A stretch of 64,000 bases of DNA, from assembly GCA_017414645.1 (NCBI GenBank), contig JAFQLL010000096.1:234-64233 (forward strand). Direction: 5' to 3'. The notes below the pieces were generated by a model. That model searched no databases and had not been told where the DNA came from. It worked only from the letters and a program-made list of their open reading frames with translations. This document shows positions 1 to 7,902 of the stretch, one piece after another (position 1 is the first letter of the stretch; every line of letters starts with the position of its first letter). Origin of the DNA: Clostridia bacterium. GTDB taxonomy: Bacteria; Bacillota; Clostridia; UMGS1883. The position numbers were made by a program, and so were the translations under genes.

Positions 1-294
1 AGCAAGAATCTTAACAGCCTTTAAGCCTTCAAGAGTCATGGGAATCTTGATAACGATGTTCTTATGAATCTTAACAAGTTCCTGTGCTTCGCTAACCATG
101 CCTTCATGGTCAAGAGCGATAACTTCTGCACTGATGGGACCGTCAACGATGGAAGTGATTTCTGTAACAACTTCCTTAAAATCTCTGCCTTCCTTAGCGA
201 TAAGAGAGGGGTTAGTTGTAACGCCGCAGATTACGCCGAGGTCGTTTGCCGCTTTAATATCGGCAACATTGGCTGTGTCAATAAAAAGTTTCAT
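1..294 (-). CDS. tal: Transaldolase / fructose-6-phosphate aldolase family protein, 5' part only (gene continues past left edge)
   Basis: Own reverse translation from ATG (292-294): [58 protein letters not shown]..., the typical N-terminus of short Firmicute Tal/Fsa enzymes. SD GAAAGGA upstream. Absent from the ORF track because no stop lies in the window. Confidence 0.85.
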   Translation of the reverse strand, partial: MKLFIDTANVADIKAANDLGVICGVTTNPSLIAKEGRDFKEVVTEITSIVDGPISAEVIALDHEGMVSEAQELVKIHKNIVIKIPMTLEGLKAVKILA

Positions 295-373
295 ACCGAG
301 TCATCCTTTCAAATTATAATATTATAAGTATATATTAACATATTAAATCCAAATAAACAAGTAGGAATTTAGT

Positions 374-760
374 TTATATACCTAAAAATTCCTTTAACTT
401 TTCGTCGGGATAAAATTTGTAGCTTTTTCCTCTGTGTTCAATTCTGTCGGAGAAAAATTTTGCCTCGTCAAAAGGAAAAACCTCACATTCCCACTCCAGT
501 CTGCCGTATTTTCGCAAAAAAATGAGCTTATCGTCAAAAAGCGCATAGGTAATGTCAAAAACAGCACGGCTTAAAAGACGGTGTATGAAATATGCACCGA
601 GCGCAAAAACCACTAAAGTGAGAATGCCGCTGTAGGGCAAAAAATTTACAACCACCAGCAAAGCTATAATAACTATTGTAAGAAGAGAAAACGCCGTGAG
701 ACTTACTGCCGCATTGCCCTTCATGGGGGCCTTTTGTTTATACCGAGCCTGTTCAGTCAT
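374..760 (-). CDS. Small membrane protein of unknown function
   Basis: 128-aa ORF with two hydrophobic helices (AVSLTAFSLLTIVIIALLVVV; ILTLVVFALGAYFIHRLL) and a soluble tail. SD GAAGGTGAAGG. The ATG overlaps the coaX stop by 8 nt (coupled). Confidence 0.6.
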   Translation of the reverse strand: MTEQARYKQKAPMKGNAAVSLTAFSLLTIVIIALLVVVNFLPYSGILTLVVFALGAYFIHRLLSRAVFDITYALFDDKLIFLRKYGRLEWECEVFPFDEAKFFSDRIEHRGKSYKFYPDEKLKEFLGI

Positions 761-1532
761 TGCCCTTCACCTTCAGTCTGTCGTAAATAATGCGGAGCCC
801 GTCCAAAGTAAGATTGGGCTCTATCACCTCGATTGTCGAGCTTTCCTCGCTTATCATACCGCTGAGACCGCCTGTTGCAATAACCTTTGCGTTAACACCC
901 ATTTCCTCGCGCATCAGCTTTACCATATAGTCAACCTGACCTACATAGCCATGGATAACACCCGACTGCATGCTGGACACGGTTGTTCTTCCGATAACAG
1001 TTTTTGTGGGTGTGAGCTCAATTCTGGGCAGCTTACTTGTTTTTGAGAAAAGTGCTTCAACGCTTATTTTAATACCCGGGCAGATTGCGCCACCTAAGTA
1101 GTCGCCATTCTTTGTGAGAGCACAGAAGGTTGTGGCTGTACCAAAGTCAATAATTATTGCGTCGCACTTATATTTTTCATGCACGGCAACAGCGTTAACG
1201 AGCCTGTCGGCACCAACCTCGCGTGGGTTTTCGTAACAGATATTAAGCCCTAAGTCAAGCTGGTTTGTAACCACAATGGGCTTTTTGCCAAGATATTTTG
1301 TAACCGCTCTTTCCAAGGAATACATAACAGGAGGCACAACCGAGGAAATAATAACATCTTCAATATCCTCGACCTTGATTGAGTTAAACAGCAAAAGCTG
1401 CATAAACATCATTCCGTATTCATCACGGGACTTTTCATAGCTTGTTGCAACACGGAAGCTTTTAACCATTTTTGTTCCGTCAAAAGCACCAAGCACAATG
1501 TTTGTATTACCAACATCAATCGCAAGCAGCAT
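753..1532 (-). CDS. coaX: Type III pantothenate kinase
   Basis: MLLAIDVGNTNIVLGAFDG..., DFGTATT and ATGG motifs of CoaX. I place the start at ATG 1532 (SD GAGGTGA 6 nt upstream) rather than the track's GTG 1541. Confidence 0.9.
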   Translation of the reverse strand: MLLAIDVGNTNIVLGAFDGTKMVKSFRVATSYEKSRDEYGMMFMQLLLFNSIKVEDIEDVIISSVVPPVMYSLERAVTKYLGKKPIVVTNQLDLGLNICYENPREVGADRLVNAVAVHEKYKCDAIIIDFGTATTFCALTKNGDYLGGAICPGIKISVEALFSKTSKLPRIELTPTKTVIGRTTVSSMQSGVIHGYVGQVDYMVKLMREEMGVNAKVIATGGLSGMISEESSTIEVIEPNLTLDGLRIIYDRLKVKGND

Positions 1533-1542
1533 TTTTATCACC

Positions 1543-2016
1543 TCATAACCAATCGCACAAAGCGAAGCTTACCTTTCCGTTTTCAATTTCCATAACACCC
1601 ACCGAATATTCGCCCTCTCTCGGGCGCGATATGCTGCCCGGGTTAAAGGTCTGCACGCCGTCATACACCTCGTTGACACTCACATGACTATGACCAAAGA
1701 GTGCCACACTGCAGCCTAATTCCTCTGCCCTTTTTGCAATGCGGAAGCCTTTGTCCCAGACACCGTAAAGGTGCCCGTGAGTAAGAAAAACTTTAACGCC
1801 GTCCAGCTCAATGACCTTTTCTGCCTCTCGCCTTACCCAGGGGTCGTTATTGCCCACAACAGCGTGCAGAGGAATGTGCGGATACACAGCAATCAGGTAT
1901 TCAACATCTCGTTCAATGTCGCCCAGGTGAATAATCACATCGGGTTCAAAAGCAACTATTGCTTTGTCGAACCTTCGAGTGTCACCGTGGGAGTCGGATA
2001 TAATTAACGCTCTCAT
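1543..2016 (-). CDS. YfcE/MJ0936-family metallophosphoesterase
   Basis: MRALIISDSHGD, GDIE, GNND and GHSH calcineurin-like phosphoesterase motifs. ATG 2016 with SD GGTGGTGA. Confidence 0.85.
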   Translation of the reverse strand: MRALIISDSHGDTRRFDKAIVAFEPDVIIHLGDIERDVEYLIAVYPHIPLHAVVGNNDPWVRREAEKVIELDGVKVFLTHGHLYGVWDKGFRIAKRAEELGCSVALFGHSHVSVNEVYDGVQTFNPGSISRPREGEYSVGVMEIENGKVSFALCDWL

Positions 2017-2105
2017 CAAATCACCACCATTATTTTACACCCAAAAAACGTTTGTGTCAACAAAGGGGCATGGTGAATATTCTGTATATGAAAGGAGCTG
2101 ACATT

Positions 2106-2515
2106 ATGGATATTTTCAGCATGCTGCAGAATATGGACCCAAAAGAACTTCAGAACGGCATAAAGCAGGCAACAGAGTTTCTATCAACCCCCGAAGGACA
2201 GAATGCCGCAAAGATGCTTTCCGAGGGAAAAATGCCCAACGGAAGCGCCATGCCCGACTCATTGAAAAGTTTTGCGGAAGCTGTTAAAGGCGACGAAAAG
2301 GCACGTGATGCCTTGGGGGAGTATCTGAAAAAACAAAACAAGGGGCTGTAGCACCAAACTTCTCTTCACTTATTGCCGAGGACGACCGTACACGTCTTTT
2401 AAAAGCCATTAAGCCTTTTTTGAGCGAAAAGCGAGCCCCTTACATGGATAGCGCAATAAACATTTTGCGCCTTGCATCCATAGGAAAAATAGGTAAGGAT
2501 TTCAAACTTTTTTAG
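2106..2515 (+). pseudogene. Small hypothetical protein gene whose reading frame changes (-1) at or near an A6 run (2328-2333). Frame 0 stops at 2349-2351; the downstream frame stays open 2309-2515 with no start codon of its own.
   Basis: SD AAAGGAG 8 nt before ATG 2106 (MDIFSMLQNMDPKELQ...). The second frame reads ...APNFSSLIAEDDRTRLLKAIKPFLSEKRAPYMDSAINILRLASIGKIGKDFKLF* and has no ATG/GTG/TTG until near its end. Confidence 0.45.
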
Positions 2516-2524
2516 GAGGCTTTT

Positions 2525-2752
2525 ATGCGTGTAGTACAGATGAACCCCTCGTCAAACCATGCGAAGGAAAATTTTGAGCGTCCCACTTTCCGTCCCGCTC
2601 CGCCATCTTTCAAGAAAAGCATTCTCGACCCGAAAGCTTTCAAAAAGGACGATTGGATTTTACTTGGAATTATGCTTGCTCTCATATTGGAGGGCAGCGA
2701 GGATTATATTCTTTTGTGCGCATTAGGCTACCTGTTTATTATGGGGCTGTAA
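2525..2752 (+). CDS. Small membrane protein (75 aa), unknown function
   Basis: SD GGAGG 6 nt before the ATG. Basic, Pro-rich N-terminal half and a hydrophobic C-terminal half (DWILLGIMLALILEGSEDYILLCALGYLFIMGL). Confidence 0.55.
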   Translation: MRVVQMNPSSNHAKENFERPTFRPAPPSFKKSILDPKAFKKDDWILLGIMLALILEGSEDYILLCALGYLFIMGL

Positions 2753-2757
2753 AAAGG

Positions 2758-2786
2758 TTGCAAACAGTGTTTTTTTGCTGTATAAT
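2758..2786 (+). promoter_or_regulatory. Sigma-A-type promoter for the PqqD-ABC operon
   Basis: TTGCAA (2758-2763), 17-nt spacer, TATAAT (2781-2786). It lies 22 nt upstream of ATG 2808. Confidence 0.6.
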
Positions 2787-2807
2787 AAGGGAGATAATAC
2801 AGAGAGG

Positions 2808-3074
2808 ATGATTACCTTGAAAATCAAACCCGGTTATGTAGTAAAAAAGGTTATGGGCAGTTATATGCTCGTTTCAATAAGCGGCGAAGAAAGCACCATG
2901 CAAACCCTTAACGAAACAGGTGCCTTTTTGTGGTCACTTCTTGAAGAGGACACCACCGTCGAGGCCATGACAGAAAAGATGGTTTCAGAATATGAAATCG
3001 ATGCTGTCACCGCAAAAAATGACATTCTGGCCTTTACCGAAAAGCTCAGGCTTTCGGGGCTTTTAGACGAATAA
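2808..3074 (+). CDS. PqqD-family protein (RiPP recognition element-like peptide chaperone)
   Basis: MITLKIKPGYVVKKVMGSYMLVSISGEESTMQTLNETGAFLWSLLEEDTTVEAMTEKMVSEYEIDAVTAKNDILAFTEKLRLSGLL fits the PqqD/RRE pattern. SD AGAGAGG. ATG 2808 is in frame with track ORF 2775. Confidence 0.8.
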   Translation: MITLKIKPGYVVKKVMGSYMLVSISGEESTMQTLNETGAFLWSLLEEDTTVEAMTEKMVSEYEIDAVTAKNDILAFTEKLRLSGLLDE

Positions 3075-3094
3075 ATACGAAAGGGGCAAAAAAA

Positions 3095-4729
3095 ATGAAC
3101 AAGCCCTTAAAATGGATAATTTCAAATTCACTTTTTATTCTGCCGCTTCTTATTCTGCTTATTTTAATTAACGTTGCAGTAAGTGCCTGCACCATTGTAT
3201 TTGCACTTTTATCAAGAAATTTAGTTGACGCTGCTGTTTCAGCCGATATGGCTGCGCTCTTTAAGGGTGGGTTAATTTTCGGAGCGGTAATTATTATTGA
3301 AATAGCCCTGAGGGTTATAAACAGTCGTATGACAGTTTCCTTCGGCGGCAGAATGGAAATGCGCTTTCGCGAAAAAATTTTTGCCTCGGTTTTAGGCAAG
3401 AAGTGGAGCGAGGTAAACCATTACCACTCGGGTGAAATTGTTAACCGTATAAAAAGCGACACAAGTGTGATAACAAGCGGAATTATGCATATTCTGCCAA
3501 ACGGAGCAATGTTTCTTACAAGAATTATTCTTGCATTGATACTGCTTTTCACAATTGACGTTCAGTTTGCAATTATAATTTGCATTATATCGCCATTGCT
3601 TCTGCTTTTTGGCAGGCTTTACAGCAAAAAAATGAAGTTCTTCCACAAAGAGGTTCAAAAAAGTGAGGGCACTGCCATCAGCTACATGATTGAAAGCATT
3701 CAGAATCTTACCGTGGTGAAAGCCTTTGGGGAGGAAAAAAACTCTGCAAAAGCACTTAAGGCTATACAGAAGGAGACGCTCTCTCTGCGCTTAAGGCGCA
3801 ACGGCTGGAACATTCTTGCAAATGTAAGCATGATGCTCCTTTTCACGGGCGGCTACGCCTTCACCATTTTCTGGGGTGCGTATCGCATTGCAACCAAATT
3901 TCTTTCCTTTGGCGATTTTACTGCTATGATACAGCTTGTAAATCAGGTGCAAGCTCCTGCAAAATCAATGGGCTCGCTCCTTGTAACATATCAGAACATG
4001 ATTGCCTCGGCAGAGCGCATTTTAGAGTTTGAAAGCTTTACCGATGACTATCTTGCACCTTCGCATTCTGCCACTCTTGATGACTTCGGTTCCATTAACT
4101 TTGACCATGTAAGCTTCTCCTACGGAAATGATAAGGTGTTAAATTGCACCTCCATGTGCGTGCACAATGGTGAATTTGTTGCTCTTTGCGGCATTTCAGG
4201 CTCGGGCAAAAGCACCATCATACGACTTTTGTTAAGTTTGGTGGACCCTGACGAAGGCGAAATATACATAACAGGAAAGGAAAAGCATCCGCTCACTCCT
4301 GCATTAAGGTCACTATTTGCTTATGTGCCTCAGGGCAACATGCTCATTTCAGGCACCATTGCCGACAACATTGCCTTTTATTCTGATGTGTCACGCGAGG
4401 ACATTGCCGCTGCGGCGCGCATTGCTCAGATGGACTTTCTTGACACCCTCCCACTTGGCCTTGATACGCCCTTAGGAGAAAAAGGTGCAGGGCTTTCCGA
4501 GGGGCAGATACAGAGAATTGCTATTGCTCGTGCGCTTGTAAGAAAAACACCCATATTGCTTCTGGACGAAGCCACAAGCGCATTGGACGAAGAGACCGAA
4601 ATAAAGCTTCTTGATGCACTTAAGGCAGAAAAGGATAAAACGGTTATGATTATAACACACCGTAAAAAGGTATTGGATTATTGCGACAAAATCCTAACCT
4701 TAACAGACGGAAAGCTTGAGATAAGCTAA
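3095..4729 (+). CDS. ABC exporter, fused permease + ATPase (type I half-transporter)
   Basis: N-terminal 6-TM ABC_membrane region. Walker A GISGSGKST, signature LSEGQIQR, Walker B ILLLDEATSALD. No C39 peptidase domain. Confidence 0.9.
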   Translation: MNKPLKWIISNSLFILPLLILLILINVAVSACTIVFALLSRNLVDAAVSADMAALFKGGLIFGAVIIIEIALRVINSRMTVSFGGRMEMRFREKIFASVLGKKWSEVNHYHSGEIVNRIKSDTSVITSGIMHILPNGAMFLTRIILALILLFTIDVQFAIIICIISPLLLLFGRLYSKKMKFFHKEVQKSEGTAISYMIESIQNLTVVKAFGEEKNSAKALKAIQKETLSLRLRRNGWNILANVSMMLLFTGGYAFTIFWGAYRIATKFLSFGDFTAMIQLVNQVQAPAKSMGSLLVTYQNMIASAERILEFESFTDDYLAPSHSATLDDFGSINFDHVSFSYGNDKVLNCTSMCVHNGEFVALCGISGSGKSTIIRLLLSLVDPDEGEIYITGKEKHPLTPALRSLFAYVPQGNMLISGTIADNIAFYSDVSREDIAAAARIAQMDFLDTLPLGLDTPLGEKGAGLSEGQIQRIAIARALVRKTPILLLDEATSALDEETEIKLLDALKAEKDKTVMIITHRKKVLDYCDKILTLTDGKLEIS

Positions 4730-4765
4730 AAAAGCTCAGTTGCTTATTGCAACTGAGCTTTTTTA
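4728..4765. terminator. Bidirectional intrinsic terminator between convergent genes
   Basis: AAAAAGCTCAGTTGC-ttatt-GCAACTGAGCTTTTTT; A-run and T-run on either side. It overlaps the last codons of the minus-strand ORF. Confidence 0.7.
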
Positions 4766-6228
4766 ATTTCGTAAATGAAAATGCCGCTGATTTCGCCGTC
4801 GCCCACATCGCCTTCACATTCGTTTCCGCAAAGGAAGTCGTAAAGCGGGAAAAGGAACGGATGCGATATGCTTTCGTAGCGGTTATACCCCATTTTAACA
4901 TTCAGGTAATTTCCGCCTACAGAAAACCTAATGTATTTTCCCGAGAGACTCTCTTCGGGAAGCTTAAATCGGAACTCGCTGCCTTCAACTGAGAATTTGA
5001 CCTCGCAGACATATTCCAATTCCTTTGTGAGCACGTTACCAATCCTTACCGGCAGCTTTTCAGTGTACATGTCGGCAGTTTTGCGCCTGATGCATAAAAA
5101 GCCGTACCAGTTAAAAGCATAAACGCCTTTTTTGTCGAAGTCATACAAACAATCGCTTTCCCAGTCTGAAATGCACCAGTCACCTTCAAGAAGCAAACTC
5201 ACACTCTGGTCTGATTTTTCACTGATGATAATATAGCAATCCTTGTCACAGGATTTAAATTCATTCAGCTTTACTATCTGTGCATCGGAATTTTTCTTTA
5301 TAAAATTCCAGAGCTTTGTGAGAAGTGCCATGCCCGGCTTAATCTGAAGCACTGCACCTTTTGCCTTATGAGCCCAATCAAGCACATCACATGTATCTGT
5401 CACGAACATCTGGTAGCTTCCTTTTGCGCCCAATTCAGATGTGTATGACAAGCTGTTCTTTTCGCAGTATTCTGCATATTCGTCGCTTATGCCACCTACC
5501 ATAAGCTCTACGCCATTTGCCTCACAGTAGCTTTTTAAAACTCCGATAAAGTTTTCCTGGGCGCACACCGCGGCAAGCCTTTCATACTCTTCATAGTCGC
5601 CCTGATGTTTAACAAGGTCAAAAAAGTCGGGCTTTCTTTTGTGCTCATCTTCAAACTTTTTTACCACCGCCTCCAGATAAACATTATCCATCATCAAAGC
5701 AAGAGTACATGGTCTGGCGCAGTGAAAGCCTGCAAATTCGTAGCCCTTGAACTTTTCAAATTCTCGCAGTAGCGGCTTGTACACACAGTCTATAATAAGC
5801 TTCGCACACTCAGGATTTGTTATATCGGGGTAAAAACCGAGTTTCTCTGCATAGTTGTCTTCAATAAAGGAAACAGCTACACATTCGTCATCACGCTCGG
5901 CAATTATTCTTTCGTTTTCAACTACCTCGCTCTTAGGCTTGATGTTCATTTTTTTTGCCCTCACAGCCTTTACCGAGCAAACCTGACCAAACCCTGTGCC
6001 CGACATATAATAGCTGTCGTCACCTATATAAAGGCGCACTTTGTTGCGGTATGCTCCACGGAGGAGCGCTAACAGCTTTTCTTTATATGGAGCCGTATAA
6101 AAGGGTGCGTTTTCTCTGTGCAGAACCAGAACATCATCCACTCCACCGTCCTTAGCCATCTTCAGCATGTCTGCCGCACTGCGTGGGGTCATGTCCTCGT
6201 CAATATAAATATAAGCTAAATTTTTCAT
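4744..6228 (-). CDS. Cytoplasmic protein of unknown function (494 aa)
   Basis: Long ORF, no signal peptide. ATG 6228 with SD GGAGAA 8 nt upstream (track start 6258 is less likely). I recognise no family motif. Confidence 0.6.
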   Translation of the reverse strand: MKNLAYIYIDEDMTPRSAADMLKMAKDGGVDDVLVLHRENAPFYTAPYKEKLLALLRGAYRNKVRLYIGDDSYYMSGTGFGQVCSVKAVRAKKMNIKPKSEVVENERIIAERDDECVAVSFIEDNYAEKLGFYPDITNPECAKLIIDCVYKPLLREFEKFKGYEFAGFHCARPCTLALMMDNVYLEAVVKKFEDEHKRKPDFFDLVKHQGDYEEYERLAAVCAQENFIGVLKSYCEANGVELMVGGISDEYAEYCEKNSLSYTSELGAKGSYQMFVTDTCDVLDWAHKAKGAVLQIKPGMALLTKLWNFIKKNSDAQIVKLNEFKSCDKDCYIIISEKSDQSVSLLLEGDWCISDWESDCLYDFDKKGVYAFNWYGFLCIRRKTADMYTEKLPVRIGNVLTKELEYVCEVKFSVEGSEFRFKLPEESLSGKYIRFSVGGNYLNVKMGYNRYESISHPFLFPLYDFLCGNECEGDVGDGEISGIFIYEIKKAQLQ

Positions 6229-6308
6229 ACACATTTCTCCAGATTTTGATATATCCATTTTATATCAAAACTGCCTTATCGTCAACAATTAATCGCCTTT
6301 ACTATATA

Positions 6309-6337
6309 TTGACTAACATTATTTTTTCCTATATAAT
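6309..6337 (+). promoter_or_regulatory. Sigma-A-type promoter of metA
   Basis: TTGACT (6309-6314), 17-nt spacer, TATAAT (6332-6337), 26 nt upstream of ATG 6363. The leader is too short for a riboswitch or T-box. Confidence 0.6.
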
Positions 6338-6362
6338 TATGGTAACAGAAAGGAATGATACT

Positions 6363-7271
6363 ATGCCTATTAAAATCCCCAATGATTTACCCGCAACAAA
6401 AACGCTTCAGAGCGAAAATATATTTGTTATGACCGAAACACGTGCTCTCAGCCAGGATATTCGTCCCCTTAAAATTGTTATTGTAAACATTATGCCCACG
6501 AAGATTACAACTGAAACTCAGCTTCTTCGTGCCCTTTCAAATACGCCCTTGCAGATAGAACCTATTTTTATTCGCATGGATTCGCACGAGTCCAAGAACA
6601 CCTCTGAGGAGCATTTGAAAACCTTCTACACCACCTTTAATGAAATAAAGCATAACCGCTATGACGCAATGATTGTAACAGGTGCACCTGTAGAAATGAT
6701 TCCCTTCGAAGAGGTTGACTACTGGGAAGAAATGTGCGAAATGTTCGAGTGGTCCAAAACCCATGTAACAAGCAGCATGTTTATCTGTTGGGCTGCTCAG
6801 GCGGCAATGTATTATTTTTACGGCATTAACAAGGTTATATTGCCCGAAAAGGTTTTCGGCATATTTGAGCACAAGAACCTTTACAAATCCTCCCGTCTTA
6901 TGCGTGGCTTTGACGAGGTTTTCCGTGCACCTCATTCCCGTCACACAACAGTGTTGCAGGAAGACATTGAAAAGCACAAGGATCTGAACATCCTCGCAGT
7001 AAGCGACGAAGCAGGGGTTTATCTTGTAAAGAGCGAGGACGATTCCAAGGTGTTTGTAACAGGCCACAGCGAGTATGAGTTCGACACGCTTGACAAGGAA
7101 TATAAGCGCGATATGGCAAAAGGGCTTGACAATGTGCCCCTTCCTAAGAATTATTACCCCGATGACAACCCCGACAACACTCCCCTTGTAACCTGGAGAA
7201 GCCACAATGATTTGCTCTTTTCCAACTGGCTCAATTACTTTGTTTACCAGACAACGCCATACGAATTATAG
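6363..7271 (+). CDS. metA: Homoserine O-acyltransferase (MetA family)
   Basis: [56 protein letters not shown]... is the canonical MetA N-terminus. The track ORF start 6183 is an upstream extension running through the promoter. Confidence 0.9.
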   Translation: MPIKIPNDLPATKTLQSENIFVMTETRALSQDIRPLKIVIVNIMPTKITTETQLLRALSNTPLQIEPIFIRMDSHESKNTSEEHLKTFYTTFNEIKHNRYDAMIVTGAPVEMIPFEEVDYWEEMCEMFEWSKTHVTSSMFICWAAQAAMYYFYGINKVILPEKVFGIFEHKNLYKSSRLMRGFDEVFRAPHSRHTTVLQEDIEKHKDLNILAVSDEAGVYLVKSEDDSKVFVTGHSEYEFDTLDKEYKRDMAKGLDNVPLPKNYYPDDNPDNTPLVTWRSHNDLLFSNWLNYFVYQTTPYEL

Positions 7272-7286
7272 CAGTACAAGCACTTC

Positions 7287-7377
7287 TGCGATATATTGCC
7301 TTGCGGCAATTCGATATGTGCTTGCGCACGCGATATAAATCACTGCTGGATTTGCGATATATTTGCCTGTGGCAAAT
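7287..7377 (+). repeat. Array of four (G/T)CGATAT + short-hairpin units in the metA-ykgJ spacer
   Basis: tGCGATAT-ATTGCCttgcGGCAAT / TCGATAT-GTGCttgcGCAC / GCGATAT-AAATCactgctgGATTT / GCGATAT-ATTTGCCtgtGGCAAAT, then SD GAGGAAGG. Confidence 0.6.
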
Positions 7378-7392
7378 GAGGAAGGTAACACC

Positions 7393-7890
7393 ATGAAAAA
7401 TTTTTATAACCGGATATACTCAACCCTTAGTTCATACACGCCATTAAAGGGCGATTGCGGCAGAGCCTGCAACAAGGCATGCTGCCAAGGCGACAAGGAT
7501 GGCGACGGAATGTATCTTTTCCCATTTGAAGAAGAAATGTATTCCTCTCTCCCTTCCTGGGCGGCTATAAGTGAAACAGATTTTGAGTACGACACAAATA
7601 AATTTGCTCCGCTTTTTTCCTGCGACGGAGTATGCGACAGAAAGCTTCGGCCTCTCGCCTGCAGAATTTTCCCGTTAACGCCTTACATAGCAAAGGGCGG
7701 CGAACTGGAGGTTATTGTTGACCCGAGAGCAAATGGCATGTGCCCTCTGGCAGCATTATACGTGGAAGATTTTGAAGCAGATTTTGTCAATGCTGTGGAA
7801 AAAGTCGGCGAGCTTCTTCTTTCTAACCCCGATACAAAAAAATTCCTTGAGTCTTTTTCGAGAATGTTAGATGATATTAGATTTATATAA
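7393..7890 (+). CDS. YkgJ-family (UPF0153) cysteine-cluster protein
   Basis: CGRACNKACCQG cysteine cluster plus later Cys residues (CDGVCD, ACRIFP). ATG 7393 with SD GAGGAAGG. Confidence 0.65.
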   Translation: MKNFYNRIYSTLSSYTPLKGDCGRACNKACCQGDKDGDGMYLFPFEEEMYSSLPSWAAISETDFEYDTNKFAPLFSCDGVCDRKLRPLACRIFPLTPYIAKGGELEVIVDPRANGMCPLAALYVEDFEADFVNAVEKVGELLLSNPDTKKFLESFSRMLDDIRFI

Positions 7891-7902
7891 GGAGGACAAA
7901 AA

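Noticed and set aside
64-327. Two + strand ORFs (87 and 73 aa) at the left edge
   Set aside because: The opposite strand encodes an unmistakable transaldolase N-terminus, so these are antisense artefacts.
6183-6362. N-terminal 60-codon extension of metA in the ORF track (similar upstream extensions at 22730, 42834, 43757, 48650, 51675 and 63767)
   Set aside because: The extensions run through promoters or spacers and lack SD sequences. Internal ATG/TTG codons with a good SD give N-termini matching the family consensus or clean signal peptides.
6537-7205. 222-aa minus-strand ORF
   Set aside because: It is antisense to metA, whose identity is unambiguous.
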